Below, in pieces: positions 44,759 to 53,902 of a DNA stretch of 64,000 bases (position 1 is the first letter of the stretch; each line of letters starts with the position of its first letter). Origin of the DNA: Candidatus Muproteobacteria bacterium. GTDB lineage: Bacteria > Pseudomonadota > Gammaproteobacteria > Acidiferrobacterales > SPGG2. A program made the position numbers and the translations under genes. The notes beneath the pieces were generated by a model. The model was given only the letters and a program-made list of their open reading frames with translations. It had not been told where the DNA came from and searched no databases. The stretch is taken from NCBI GenBank assembly GCA_003251795.1, contig QKEI01000232.1:1533-65532 (forward strand), given 5' to 3'.

Positions 44759-45466
44759 ATGAGGCAGCAGTATATGGCGCTAGCGTCAGACCAATGGGAT
44801 AAAGCCGACAACTCCGTATCGGTAGTCGTGGGTGCCAGTATGTACCATCGTTACTTGCTGGTACTGCGGTTCGCGTTGATCAACATCGTGGCTGCCGGCC
44901 TGCTAACGGCCGTTTACTTGCGGGGCTGGCTGGATGCGGCCTTTAGCGGTTACACGCTCTGGTTCTCGCTGCTGATCATTGGTGTGTTCTTGTTCGGTTT
45001 GGCGTTGGCCGCAACCAGGGTGTGGCACACCAGCGTTGAGCTTAATGACATGAAGGCTGGTACGCCTCGACCAGACTCGAAAGCATACAAGTACCTCTCG
45101 ATAATCGAGCACGGTGCGTCCGACAGCCGCGTGATTGCAACTAACGTGTTACGCCTGCGGCTGAGCAATTACATCGCGATTGTCTATCATGTCGCCAACA
45201 TGCTGGTGTTCCTCGGTCTTGTCGGCACAGTGATCGGTTTCATCATTGCTCTGTCTGGGGTCGATCCGCGTTCGGCGGTGACCGTGGAGAGTGTCGCACC
45301 GATGGTGGCAACGTTGATCACCGGCATGTCGATCGCGCTCTACACGACCCTGATCGGCGCAGTGCTGCACGTCTGGTTGATGATCAACTATCGTTTGCTC
45401 GCGAGCGGCACGACCCGCCTGTTTAATGCAACGCTGGAGTACGGTGAGCGCCGTGTGGGAAAGTGA
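44759..45466 (+). CDS. MotA/TolQ/ExbB-family proton-channel protein (orphan)
   Basis: 235 aa with four predicted TM helices. The C-terminal half NMLVFLGLVGTVIGFIIAL ... GMSIALYTTLIGAVLHVWLMINY matches the GLLGTV.G ... AL.TT..GL signature of MotA/TolQ/ExbB. Confidence 0.7.
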   Translation: MRQQYMALASDQWDKADNSVSVVVGASMYHRYLLVLRFALINIVAAGLLTAVYLRGWLDAAFSGYTLWFSLLIIGVFLFGLALAATRVWHTSVELNDMKAGTPRPDSKAYKYLSIIEHGASDSRVIATNVLRLRLSNYIAIVYHVANMLVFLGLVGTVIGFIIALSGVDPRSAVTVESVAPMVATLITGMSIALYTTLIGAVLHVWLMINYRLLASGTTRLFNATLEYGERRVGK

Positions 45467-46064
45467 ACAATTCAATGAAGACTCTACCGGCACCGTTTTC
45501 CGCGACGTGATCATGTTGGCGCTGGTGGGCTTTGTGGCCATGGTCATCATGTTGCTGCCCCACTTGAGCAAGGCCAAGCGACAGGAGCAGGAACAGATGG
45601 CTCCGGGGCACGTCGTCGTGGAAATACACTGGCCCAATGAGATGCCAGTCGATGTCGATCTGTGGGTAAAGGCGCCCGGTGATTCGCCGGTGGGTTTTTT
45701 TAACCCCGACGGCCATTTCTTTAATTTGTTGCGTGATGATTTGGGCGCGGAAGGTGATGCCAGCGGCCAAAACTACGAGGTGTCTTACAGCCGTGGCATT
45801 GCCGCCGGCGACTATATCGTTAACGTGCACATGTACGGGGCGCTGCCAGCGGGTATGGAGGTGCCGGTGAAGGTGGTCGTTAGCGTGCGCGAGCGCTACG
45901 ATGATCTGCACCAGATATTGCAAACCCAGGTTGTGCTCAAACGGCACAACCAAGAAGAGACGGCGTTTCGTTTTCAACTTACCGGGCAAGGTGAGCTGGT
46001 GCCCGGCAGTGTGACGACGCTACGACACAGACTGGTGACGGCGCCCGGAGGATGGAAGTTCTAA
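45426..46064 (+). CDS. ExbD/TolR-like single-pass anchor (conserved TM Asp) fused to a non-canonical beta-rich periplasmic domain
   Basis: It overlaps the upstream gene (an alternative start at GTG 45444 has a GGAG RBS). The TM segment TVFRDVIMLALVGFVAMVIMLL resembles ExbD/TolR (..F/L-I/L-D-V-x-L-V-L-L..). The periplasmic part has VVVEIHWPNEMPVDVDLWVKAPGD...GDYIVNVHMYG, which I recall as the DUF2135/YfaP-type pattern. Confidence 0.55.
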   Translation: MQRWSTVSAVWESEQFNEDSTGTVFRDVIMLALVGFVAMVIMLLPHLSKAKRQEQEQMAPGHVVVEIHWPNEMPVDVDLWVKAPGDSPVGFFNPDGHFFNLLRDDLGAEGDASGQNYEVSYSRGIAAGDYIVNVHMYGALPAGMEVPVKVVVSVRERYDDLHQILQTQVVLKRHNQEETAFRFQLTGQGELVPGSVTTLRHRLVTAPGGWKF

Positions 46065-46573
46065 TCGTATTGCTTTTCGCGGCCTTGATCGGGGTCGCGG
46101 CTGTGCTCGCCAGCATCGCCATCTGGGCACCGCGCGCCACCTTCGTACGCACAGCCGCGGTGGTCGCCACCGCCTTCTTCGTGCCGCTCGCCTATCTTGC
46201 TATGAACGAACTCTTGAGCAAGCCCAAACCGATGACACAGGAATGGGCGGACAGGAATGTAGCGGAGGCTACGGTGCTCGGTGTGAGTCTCGACGAGGGT
46301 AAGGCGATTTATCTGTGGCTGCGTCTAGATGGCGCACTAACGCCACGCTACTACGTGCTACCGTGGCAGGCCAATGTCGCCGAAAGGTTGCAGAAACTGG
46401 TCGAGGAGGCGATTGAAAAGGGGGCGACGGTCAGGATCATGAACCCATTCACACGCCAGTCCTTTCAGGACCTCGGGCAACTGAACATCGAGATCGTGCC
46501 GCCACCAGCATTGCCACGAAAACCCCTGCCCGACGTACCACAGATATTCAATCCGCGGGAACGCAGCATCTAG
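46052..46573 (+). CDS. Two-TM membrane protein with Pro-rich C-terminus, unknown function
   Basis: It overlaps the previous gene by 13 nt. TM1 is VLIVLLFAALIGVAAVLASIAIW and TM2 is AAVVATAFFVPLAYLAMN. A soluble domain of about 115 aa ends in ...VPPPALPRKPLPDVPQIFNPRERSI. Confidence 0.5.
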   Translation: MEVLIVLLFAALIGVAAVLASIAIWAPRATFVRTAAVVATAFFVPLAYLAMNELLSKPKPMTQEWADRNVAEATVLGVSLDEGKAIYLWLRLDGALTPRYYVLPWQANVAERLQKLVEEAIEKGATVRIMNPFTRQSFQDLGQLNIEIVPPPALPRKPLPDVPQIFNPRERSI

Positions 46574-46617
46574 CCTCGAGACATACGCACATCGATGCAA
46601 AGGCAGCGCAGCCGAAT

Positions 46618-47730
46618 ATGGGCCGACTAGCTGGCGACTTGAAACTGACCATACGCGAGATTAGCACCCGTTCGGTGGTTGTGCCGATAAAGCGCCCGCT
46701 AGTCACGCGTGTGGTCGCTATCGAGCAGGTACCGCTGCTATTGCTCGATCTGCACACCGAGGAGGGCATTACCGGCCGCAGCTATCTATTCGGATACTTT
46801 GCCCGCGGTAACGCTTATCTGGCAGCGCTGCTGCGGGATATCAGCACGTTAACCCACGGCGATGTCGTCGCACCCGTCGAATTGTATGCGAAAGCGACTC
46901 GCGCCTTGACCCTCATGGGGCACCAGGGCCTATCACTAATGGCCGTAGCGGGTTTCGACATTGCCTGCTGGGACGCGCTGGCCCAGGCCGCGGGCGTGCC
47001 ACTGGTTACGCTGTTAGGTGGTCAACCGCGGCGCGTACGCGCCTACAACAGCAACGGGCTAGGCCTGGTTGCACCGGCACAGGCGGCGGCCGAGGCACAG
47101 GAGCTGATCGTCGACGGCAACTTCGCGGCCGTCAAGATGCGCCTGGGCCGACCCACGCTCGGAGAAGACCTGGCGGCGCTGCGCGCGGTACGTAAGGTGA
47201 TTGGTGATGAGATACTACTGCCGTGTGACTTCAATCAAGGGCTCTCGGTGGTCGAGGCCATACGCCGCGGGCAGGCGCTCGATAGTGAGGGCGTGTACTG
47301 GATCGAAGAGCCCACCGTTTACGATGATCTGCAAGGCAATGCCAAGATTGCGCGCGAAGTGAGCACGCCGATACAGCTCGGCGAAAACTTCTACGGACCC
47401 AAAGCCGTGGGCGACGCAATCGCAGCGCAGGCCTGTGATTATATGATGTTTGACCTCATGCGCATTGGCGGGGTAAGCGGATGGCTGCGGGCCGCAGCAC
47501 TGGCGGAAAGCGCGGCGATCGAGGTTTCCAGTCACATTTTTCCCGAGGTGTCTTGCCATCTGCTGGCACTCACGCCAACCGGCCATTGGCTCGAGTTCGT
47601 TGATTGGGCCAGCCCGATTCTAGCGGAGCCACTGCAAGTCGCTGATGGATGCGTACAGATCCCGTTGCGCGCGGGCACCGGCGTTGCTTGGAACGAAGAG
47701 GCCGTGGCTCAGTATGCTGTTGCGCTGTAA
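46618..47730 (+). CDS. Mandelate racemase / muconate lactonising enzyme family (enolase superfamily) protein
   Basis: 370 aa. Barrel-domain ligand pattern ...AVKMRLG..., ...CDFNQG..., ...WIEEP..., ...MFDLMRIGG.... Confidence 0.85.
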   Translation: MGRLAGDLKLTIREISTRSVVVPIKRPLVTRVVAIEQVPLLLLDLHTEEGITGRSYLFGYFARGNAYLAALLRDISTLTHGDVVAPVELYAKATRALTLMGHQGLSLMAVAGFDIACWDALAQAAGVPLVTLLGGQPRRVRAYNSNGLGLVAPAQAAAEAQELIVDGNFAAVKMRLGRPTLGEDLAALRAVRKVIGDEILLPCDFNQGLSVVEAIRRGQALDSEGVYWIEEPTVYDDLQGNAKIAREVSTPIQLGENFYGPKAVGDAIAAQACDYMMFDLMRIGGVSGWLRAAALAESAAIEVSSHIFPEVSCHLLALTPTGHWLEFVDWASPILAEPLQVADGCVQIPLRAGTGVAWNEEAVAQYAVAL

Positions 47731-47940
47731 CTACCAACATTGCCGGAACGTAGCGTTGCGTACGGGACGCTGCGCATTAGTGGCGTTAGCATCGGTGGGT
47801 AGTGCAGGAAGGGGGCTTTCGCCAAGACGGGTGGGCTGCCATCGTTGCGCTGCGTGCCGGTAGGGGCGACTGCTACAATGCTGGATGTTAGGTAGTGATC
47901 TGTCATTCTTGTTGACGTCATCGGCAGAGGACGCGTTGCC

Positions 47941-48351
47941 ATGCGCACGGATCTGGGCCTCGAAGTGCATCTCAATGTTCCATACGAAAAAGCGCTAGAG
48001 CGTGTGCTCGACGCGTTAAGAAAAGAAGGTTTCGGGGTAATAACCAGAATTGAGATACACGATATCTTCAAAGAAAAACTAGGACGCGAGTTTCGCCAAT
48101 ATTCCATCCTCGGTGCCTGCAATCCGCAGCTGGCCTACCGCGCACTGTCGCAGCGGGCCGATGTTGGTTTGCTATTACCTTGCAACATTACCGTCGAGCG
48201 CGATTCGGCCCGCAGCGCCATCGTTCGTATCGCCAATCCGACTGCCCAGATTACAGCCACTGGGCTGGAGGGTGACGGCTCCATGCAGGACGTGGCAGCT
48301 GAGGCGATGGCACGCTTGAGCCGGGTGGCAGAGTCGTTGCACGGCGCGTGA
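47941..48351 (+). CDS. DUF302 domain protein (cytoplasmic type)
   Basis: 136 aa. ...PYEKALERVLDALRKEGFGVITRIEIHDIFKEKLGREFRQYSILGACNPQLAY...LLLPCNITVE... This is the second DUF302 gene in the window. Confidence 0.7.
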   Translation: MRTDLGLEVHLNVPYEKALERVLDALRKEGFGVITRIEIHDIFKEKLGREFRQYSILGACNPQLAYRALSQRADVGLLLPCNITVERDSARSAIVRIANPTAQITATGLEGDGSMQDVAAEAMARLSRVAESLHGA

Positions 48352-48402
48352 ATGGGGCGCGCCGACACTACCCTGACCAGCCGAAAGGGAAGAGAACGAC
48401 GC

Positions 48403-48786
48403 ATGACAAAACGCGTGTATGATTTAGCGAACGCCAGCCCGGAGGAAGTCGAAGCGGTGCTCGCGCTGCTAAGCGATAACGGTATTGCTCACTATCAAAC
48501 GCCGAGCGGCGTTTTCGGGCTTGCACCCGGTGCGATTTGGGTGAGTAACGACGGCGATTATGAGGGGGCACGCAAGCTGATCGAGACCCACGATCGTACA
48601 AGGGCGCGACGCGTGCGCGCGGAATACGCCGAGCTTGCCGCCGCGTCCGGACATGGGCCACTGCGGGGAACGCTGCTAAATGTTCGGCGACTCGCGACCG
48701 AGCGTCCATTGCAAGCGTTGCTGTACGCAGCGGTGCTGGTACTGATCATTGTCTTCCATGTGCTTTTTTTCAGGGCGCTAGCCTAG
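48403..48786 (+). CDS. Small hypothetical protein with C-terminal TM anchor
   Basis: ATG at 48403 follows AAGGGAAGAG. 127 aa, with a soluble N-domain and then the hydrophobic tail LQALLYAAVLVLIIVFHVLFF. I am not confident of any family assignment. Confidence 0.45.
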   Translation: MTKRVYDLANASPEEVEAVLALLSDNGIAHYQTPSGVFGLAPGAIWVSNDGDYEGARKLIETHDRTRARRVRAEYAELAAASGHGPLRGTLLNVRRLATERPLQALLYAAVLVLIIVFHVLFFRALA

Positions 48787-48920
48787 CCTATACTCGGCTA
48801 ACCCGGGAGACAACGATGAAACCGCGATCAGGCGCAGTCTACTGTGCCGTAATCGACGGCGTCTCGCCCCTGCTGCAAGATCCCCGATGGCAGTCGCGGT
48901 TTTGTCTGGGAGAGCGGTAT

Positions 48921-49295
48921 ATGCGACAAGTGTTCATGATGGTGATGGTGACGCCATTGCTTGGGGGCTGCGCAACTCATGTCGCCAGCTCCGGTAGTGT
49001 GGTGATTGAAGATAGCGGTCGCGCGGCCCATGCAGGGTTCAGTGGGCGGGAGCGCCAGATCATTATGGAGTATTACCAACGTCACAAGCGCGAGCAGCAA
49101 GCGCCTTCCACAGGACTTGTCCGGCAGGACGTGCTGCCGCCCACTCTTCCGAGTCGCCGGTTGCCGCCTGCGTTGGAGGCGCAACTGGCACCCTTGTCCC
49201 AGCCCTACGTACGCCTCGAGGTGGGCAACGACGTTGTGTTGATAGACCGTAACTCACGCGTTGTGATTGATATCATCTATGGTGTCGGCACATGA
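48921..49295 (+). CDS. Putative lipoprotein, RcnB/CigR-like C-terminal motif
   Basis: ATG at 48921 follows GGGAGAG. Lipobox LLGGCA. The C-terminal pattern LPPTLPSRRLPPALEAQLAPL...YVRLEVGNDVVLIDRNSRVVIDII resembles the RcnB/CigR family (from memory). Confidence 0.5.
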   Translation: MRQVFMMVMVTPLLGGCATHVASSGSVVIEDSGRAAHAGFSGRERQIIMEYYQRHKREQQAPSTGLVRQDVLPPTLPSRRLPPALEAQLAPLSQPYVRLEVGNDVVLIDRNSRVVIDIIYGVGT

Positions 49296-49310
49296 AACTT
49301 CTGCTGGCGT

Positions 49311-49625
49311 CTAGGGTTTCTTGAGGCGCTTCAGGAACACCTGCATTTCCTTGGCCGCCTGCACATCGCCTTTTGCTTCAGCGGCGCCAATGCCTGCTTC
49401 ATATGCGGCAATCGCCTGGTTGGTCTGTTCGGCCCCTGCGTAGGCCTTGCCCAGTTGTTTCCAGGCCGCCGAATACCGCGGATCGAACTCTACGGCTTTT
49501 TGTAGGTGTCGAATTGCGTGGTCGTACTGATGCAGCTTCAAATACTCGTTGCCCAGACCATAGCGTACGAGCGCGTTGTCCTGGCCGCGGCCAAGCATCG
49601 TCTCAAGGTTGTCAATCAGTGTCAT
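49311..49625 (-). CDS. Small tetratricopeptide-repeat protein
   Basis: 104 aa. TPR-type repeats (ALVRYGLGNEYLKLHQYDHAIRHLQKAVEFDPRYSAAWKQLGKAY...). Confidence 0.7.
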   Translation of the reverse strand: MTLIDNLETMLGRGQDNALVRYGLGNEYLKLHQYDHAIRHLQKAVEFDPRYSAAWKQLGKAYAGAEQTNQAIAAYEAGIGAAEAKGDVQAAKEMQVFLKRLKKP

Positions 49626-49677
49626 GGAAGGGGTGCGTGTCTCCGCTATGGGGGCATCTAGCGAGATGTATAGCAGT

Positions 49678-51129
49678 CTAGCCGCGCCATAACGTGCGCG
49701 TGAACAATACCATTAGCGTGAACAGCTCGAGGCGACCGAGCAACATGGCGAGACACAGTATCCATTTGCCGGCAGTAGAAACGCCGGCATAGTTCTGGCT
49801 AACCTCACCGAGGCCGGGACCGAGGTTGTTCAGGCAGGCGGCAACCGCTGAGTAGGCGGTCACCAGGTCGACGCCAGTGGCGCTCATGGCGAGCGACAGC
49901 ACCACGAAACTGAAGACATAGAGAAAGAAAAAAGCCCACACGGCGCTGATAATCTCATCCGCCATCGGCTTGCCACCTACCTTCACCGGCATCAACGCAT
50001 CGGGATGAACGAGGCGGAAGATCTCGCGCATCCCCTGTTTGTACAGCAGCAACGCACGGATCACTTTCATGCCGCCGGCAGTGGAGCCGGCACAACCGCC
50101 AATAAAGCTGGCCGACAGCAGCAGCACGGGCAGCGGATTGGGCCAGAAGTGGTAACCGCTGGTAGTGAAGCCCGTGGTGGTTGCGATAGCGACTGCCTGA
50201 AATACGCCGTGTCGCACGGCCTCGTACCATTTGTTGAAGATGCCCAACGACAGCAGCACAACCACGCTGATCACGGCGGTTGCTAGCACAATACCGAGAT
50301 AGGTCATGGCCTCGGTATCGGCAAGATAGGGCCTGATGCTGCGCAGGTGCCAGGCGTGAAAATGCAGCGCAAAATTGATTCCCGCGAGCAGCATAAAGAC
50401 GATGGCCACGATGTCGATGGCGTCACTGTCGAAGTAGGCGAAGCTCGCGTCATGGGTGGAAAAGCCACCGATCGCAATGGTGGCAAAGCTGTGGCCGATG
50501 GCGTCGAACAGATTCATACCTGCTAGCCAATAGGCGAGCGCGCACACGGCGGTCAGGCCTAGATACAGATACCACAAGGCCTTGGCGGTCTCGGTGATGC
50601 GCGGCGTGAGCTTGGTGTTCTTGATGGGTCCAGGGGTTTCCGCGCGGTACAGCTGCATACCGCCGACGCCGAGCATCGGCATGACAGCGACGGCCAGCAC
50701 GATAATTCCCATGCCACCCAGCCATTGCAGCTGCTGGCGGTAATAACGAACCGCCTCCGGCAATTGGTCAATACCCGAAAGCACGGTGGCACCCGTTGTC
50801 GTGAGACCGGATATGGACTCGAAAAATGCGTTGACGAATGAAACCTGCGGGCGCTCGGAGACGACGAAGGGCAAGGAACCGAACAGCGCAAGTAACAACC
50901 AAAACAAGGTGACAATAATGAAGCCGTCGCGCACGCGTATATCGCGGCGCGAACCGCTTACTGGTAGCCATAGCAGCACGCCGGTTACCAGGGTAATAAG
51001 AAAGCCGACGGCGAACGCGCCGCTCGTGCCGTCATGGTAAATCAGCGATACCACCATCGGCGGGAGCATGGATGTGCTGAACAGGATCAGCAGCATACCC
51101 ATGACACGCAAGATCGCGGGGAAGTGCAC
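49678..51129 (-). CDS. trkH: Trk-type potassium uptake protein TrkH
   Basis: 483 aa with a GTG start. VHFPAILRVMGMLLILFS N-terminus and repeated M-P-M pore modules with TTTG/TTGF filter-like motifs. Confidence 0.93.
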   Translation of the reverse strand: MHFPAILRVMGMLLILFSTSMLPPMVVSLIYHDGTSGAFAVGFLITLVTGVLLWLPVSGSRRDIRVRDGFIIVTLFWLLLALFGSLPFVVSERPQVSFVNAFFESISGLTTTGATVLSGIDQLPEAVRYYRQQLQWLGGMGIIVLAVAVMPMLGVGGMQLYRAETPGPIKNTKLTPRITETAKALWYLYLGLTAVCALAYWLAGMNLFDAIGHSFATIAIGGFSTHDASFAYFDSDAIDIVAIVFMLLAGINFALHFHAWHLRSIRPYLADTEAMTYLGIVLATAVISVVVLLSLGIFNKWYEAVRHGVFQAVAIATTTGFTTSGYHFWPNPLPVLLLSASFIGGCAGSTAGGMKVIRALLLYKQGMREIFRLVHPDALMPVKVGGKPMADEIISAVWAFFFLYVFSFVVLSLAMSATGVDLVTAYSAVAACLNNLGPGLGEVSQNYAGVSTAGKWILCLAMLLGRLELFTLMVLFTRTLWRG

Positions 51130-51133
51130 GGCG

Positions 51134-52513
51134 CTAGACGAACTTGAAGTCTACCTGGAACAATCGCTCCACTTCGGGAATGTGGCGCTTATCCACCAAA
51201 AACAAGATGACGTGGTCGTTTGAGTGAATCACCGTGTCATGATGGCAAATGATAACGTTCTTATCTCGTACCAGCGCACCTATGGTCGTGCCCGGAGGCA
51301 GTTTGATGTCCTGGATAGCGCGGCCGACAACCCGCGAGGACGAAGCGTCGCCGTGTGCCACCGCTTCGATCGCCTCGGCCGCGCCGCGCCGCAGCGAGTG
51401 CACGGCAACCACATCACCACGACGCACGTGCGCCAGTAGACTGCCAATAGTCGCCTGCTGCGGTGAGATCGCAATATCGATGTTGGCGCCGCTTTGCACG
51501 AGATCGACGTAGGCAGGGCTCTTAATGAGCGACATCACCTTGCGTGCCCCCAGGCGCTTGGCCAGCATGGCCGATAGGATATTTGCCTCATCGTCGTTAG
51601 TGACTGCGCAAAAGGTGTCGGTGTCCTCGATGCCCTCCTTCTGCAACAATTCCTCGTCGGCCGCGTTGCCGAGCAATACGATGGTCTTGTTGAGCTCGGC
51701 TGCCACCCGCCGCGCGCGCGCAGCATCCGCCTCGATCAGTTTGGTCAAATAGTTGCGCTCCTCCAGCGCGGCCGCCAGCCGGCGGCCGATATTGCCGCCG
51801 CCGGCGAGCATCACGCGCTTCACCGGCTGATCGAGCTTGCGCAGCTCGCGCATGACCGCGCCGATGTGCTGTTTGGCGGCAATGAAGAACACCTCGTCGT
51901 CGGCTTCGATTACGGTGCTTCCCTCGGGAAGGATCGGGCGGTCGCCGCGATAGATCGCGGCGACACGCGAGTCGATCCCGCGTAGATGCCCCGTGAGCTC
52001 GCTCAGCTCGTGGCCGACCATGGGTCCGCCATAGTAAGCCTTGATGGCGACCAGCTCGACCAGACCGCCGGCGAAGTCCAGTACTTGCAGGGCACTGGGG
52101 AACTCGATCAATCGCTCGATGTAGCCGGCGACGATCTCTTCCGGGGAGATGATGACATCGACCGGGATCGCGTCCTGGGCAAAGATCTCCGGATGCGACA
52201 GATACTCGGCGGCACGAATGCGAGCGATCTTGGTGGGGGTGTGGAATAGCGTATAGGCAACCTGACAGGCGGTCATATTCGCCTCATCACTATTGGTGAC
52301 AGCGAGAATCATATCGGCGTCTTCGGCGCCCGCCTGACGCAACGTGTCGGGGTGCGATGCGCTTCCTGCTACCGTGCGAATATCGAGACGGTCCTGCAGC
52401 TCCTGCAAGCGAGTCGTATCGATATCGACAACCGTGATGTCATTGTTCTCGGTTACGAGATTCTCCGCGACCGACGTACCCACCTGGCCCGCGCCCAGGA
52501 CGATAATCTTCAT
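51134..52513 (-). CDS. trkA: Trk system potassium uptake protein TrkA
   Basis: 459 aa with two Rossmann RCK/KTN units ([16 protein letters not shown]; [14 protein letters not shown]). Confidence 0.95.
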   Translation of the reverse strand: MKIIVLGAGQVGTSVAENLVTENNDITVVDIDTTRLQELQDRLDIRTVAGSASHPDTLRQAGAEDADMILAVTNSDEANMTACQVAYTLFHTPTKIARIRAAEYLSHPEIFAQDAIPVDVIISPEEIVAGYIERLIEFPSALQVLDFAGGLVELVAIKAYYGGPMVGHELSELTGHLRGIDSRVAAIYRGDRPILPEGSTVIEADDEVFFIAAKQHIGAVMRELRKLDQPVKRVMLAGGGNIGRRLAAALEERNYLTKLIEADAARARRVAAELNKTIVLLGNAADEELLQKEGIEDTDTFCAVTNDDEANILSAMLAKRLGARKVMSLIKSPAYVDLVQSGANIDIAISPQQATIGSLLAHVRRGDVVAVHSLRRGAAEAIEAVAHGDASSSRVVGRAIQDIKLPPGTTIGALVRDKNVIICHHDTVIHSNDHVILFLVDKRHIPEVERLFQVDFKFV

Positions 52514-52540
52514 CTTAGTTAGAGTTTCTGCAGATCGCCG

Positions 52541-53902
52541 CTACTTCGTCCTGATCGATTTTGGATCGATGCCGAGGCTTTTCAGTTTGCGATACAGGTG
52601 GGTGCGCTCCATGTCGGCGACCAGCGCCAGCTCACTGACGTTTCCGTGGGTGCGCTTTAGGTGATACTCGAGGTAAGCCTTTTCGAATTGATCGCGGGCG
52701 ACCCGCAACGGTTGATTAAACTGTGCTTCGGGCAATGCGTGTGTCGGTGTCGGCTGCGCGCCCAGCGCGCGCTCCAGTTCCTGTTCGCCGATTTCGCCCT
52801 CGCGACCGAGTACCAGCAAACGCTGAACCACGTTACGCAGCTCACGCACATTACCCGGCCAGGTGTAGTTGCGTAATCTATTCATGGCGGCGGTCGAAAA
52901 CCTGCGGTAGGGCAGTTGTTGGTGCTCCACCATCCAGTCAACATAGTAGCTAACCAGCTCAGGCACATCCTCGCGATGTTGGCGCAACGGCGGCACGTGT
53001 AGTCTCATAACGTTGAGCCGATAATACAGCTCTTCGCGCAGACGCCCCTCGCTCACAGCCCTGTCGACGTCTTGTTTGGAGGTGGCAATAATGCGCACGT
53101 TGAGCTCGACCGGCTTGCCGCCACCGACGCGCACAAGACGCTTGTCTTCCAGCGCCCCCAGCAGTCGCGCCTGCGTCGCCAACTCCAGGTCGCTCACTTC
53201 ATGCAACAGCAGTGTGCCGCCGTTAGCACGCTCTAGCGCGCCGATATGGGTCTCGCTAGCTTCTTGGCGACCGAAGAGCTGTGGCGCAATCTCCTTCGCC
53301 GGTAACGCGGCGAAGGAGATTTCGGCCAAAGGTTGGTTTGAGCGCGCGCTTTTTTGGTGCAGATAGCGTGCGGCGACGATCTTGCCACAGCCTTCCTCGC
53401 CGCTGATAAGCACCCAGCTGTCGGTAGCAGCGATGCGCTCGATGTCATCGCGCAATTGCCGCATGAGCGCGCTCCTACCGATAGGAATCGATACCTGCGG
53501 CTCTTCGCCACGGCGACTCGTCGCCTGCTCATCGCCGACACCTTGCAGGGCGCGATCAACCGTGGCCAAAAGCTTGCCCATGGAAAGCGGCTTTTCGATG
53601 AAATCGAAGGCACCCAAGCGAGTAGCCTCGACCGCAGTGTCCACCGTGCCGTGTCCCGACATGATAACCACGGGCACGAGCGCGCCAGCGCGCGACCATT
53701 CTTTAAGTAACGAAATGCCGTCCGTGTCGGGCATCCAGATATCCAGCAGCACGAGATCGGGACGCTCGTTGCTATAGGCTTCGCGCGCGCTGGCCGCGTC
53801 TTTGGCCGTGACCACCCGGTATTGTTCATCCTCCAGGATTTCCTGGACCAGCCGGCGAATATCCGGCTCATCATCGACTACCAGAATACGCTCGCTCGTC
53901 AT
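52541..53902 (-). CDS. ntrX: NtrX-type response regulator (REC + AAA+ + Fis-type HTH)
   Basis: REC domain ILVVDDEPDIR...D. An AAA+ core lacking a GAFTGA loop. C-terminal HTH HGNVSELALVADMERTHLYRKLKSLGI. ATGA overlap with the kinase gene. Confidence 0.8.
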   Translation of the reverse strand: MTSERILVVDDEPDIRRLVQEILEDEQYRVVTAKDAASAREAYSNERPDLVLLDIWMPDTDGISLLKEWSRAGALVPVVIMSGHGTVDTAVEATRLGAFDFIEKPLSMGKLLATVDRALQGVGDEQATSRRGEEPQVSIPIGRSALMRQLRDDIERIAATDSWVLISGEEGCGKIVAARYLHQKSARSNQPLAEISFAALPAKEIAPQLFGRQEASETHIGALERANGGTLLLHEVSDLELATQARLLGALEDKRLVRVGGGKPVELNVRIIATSKQDVDRAVSEGRLREELYYRLNVMRLHVPPLRQHREDVPELVSYYVDWMVEHQQLPYRRFSTAAMNRLRNYTWPGNVRELRNVVQRLLVLGREGEIGEQELERALGAQPTPTHALPEAQFNQPLRVARDQFEKAYLEYHLKRTHGNVSELALVADMERTHLYRKLKSLGIDPKSIRTK

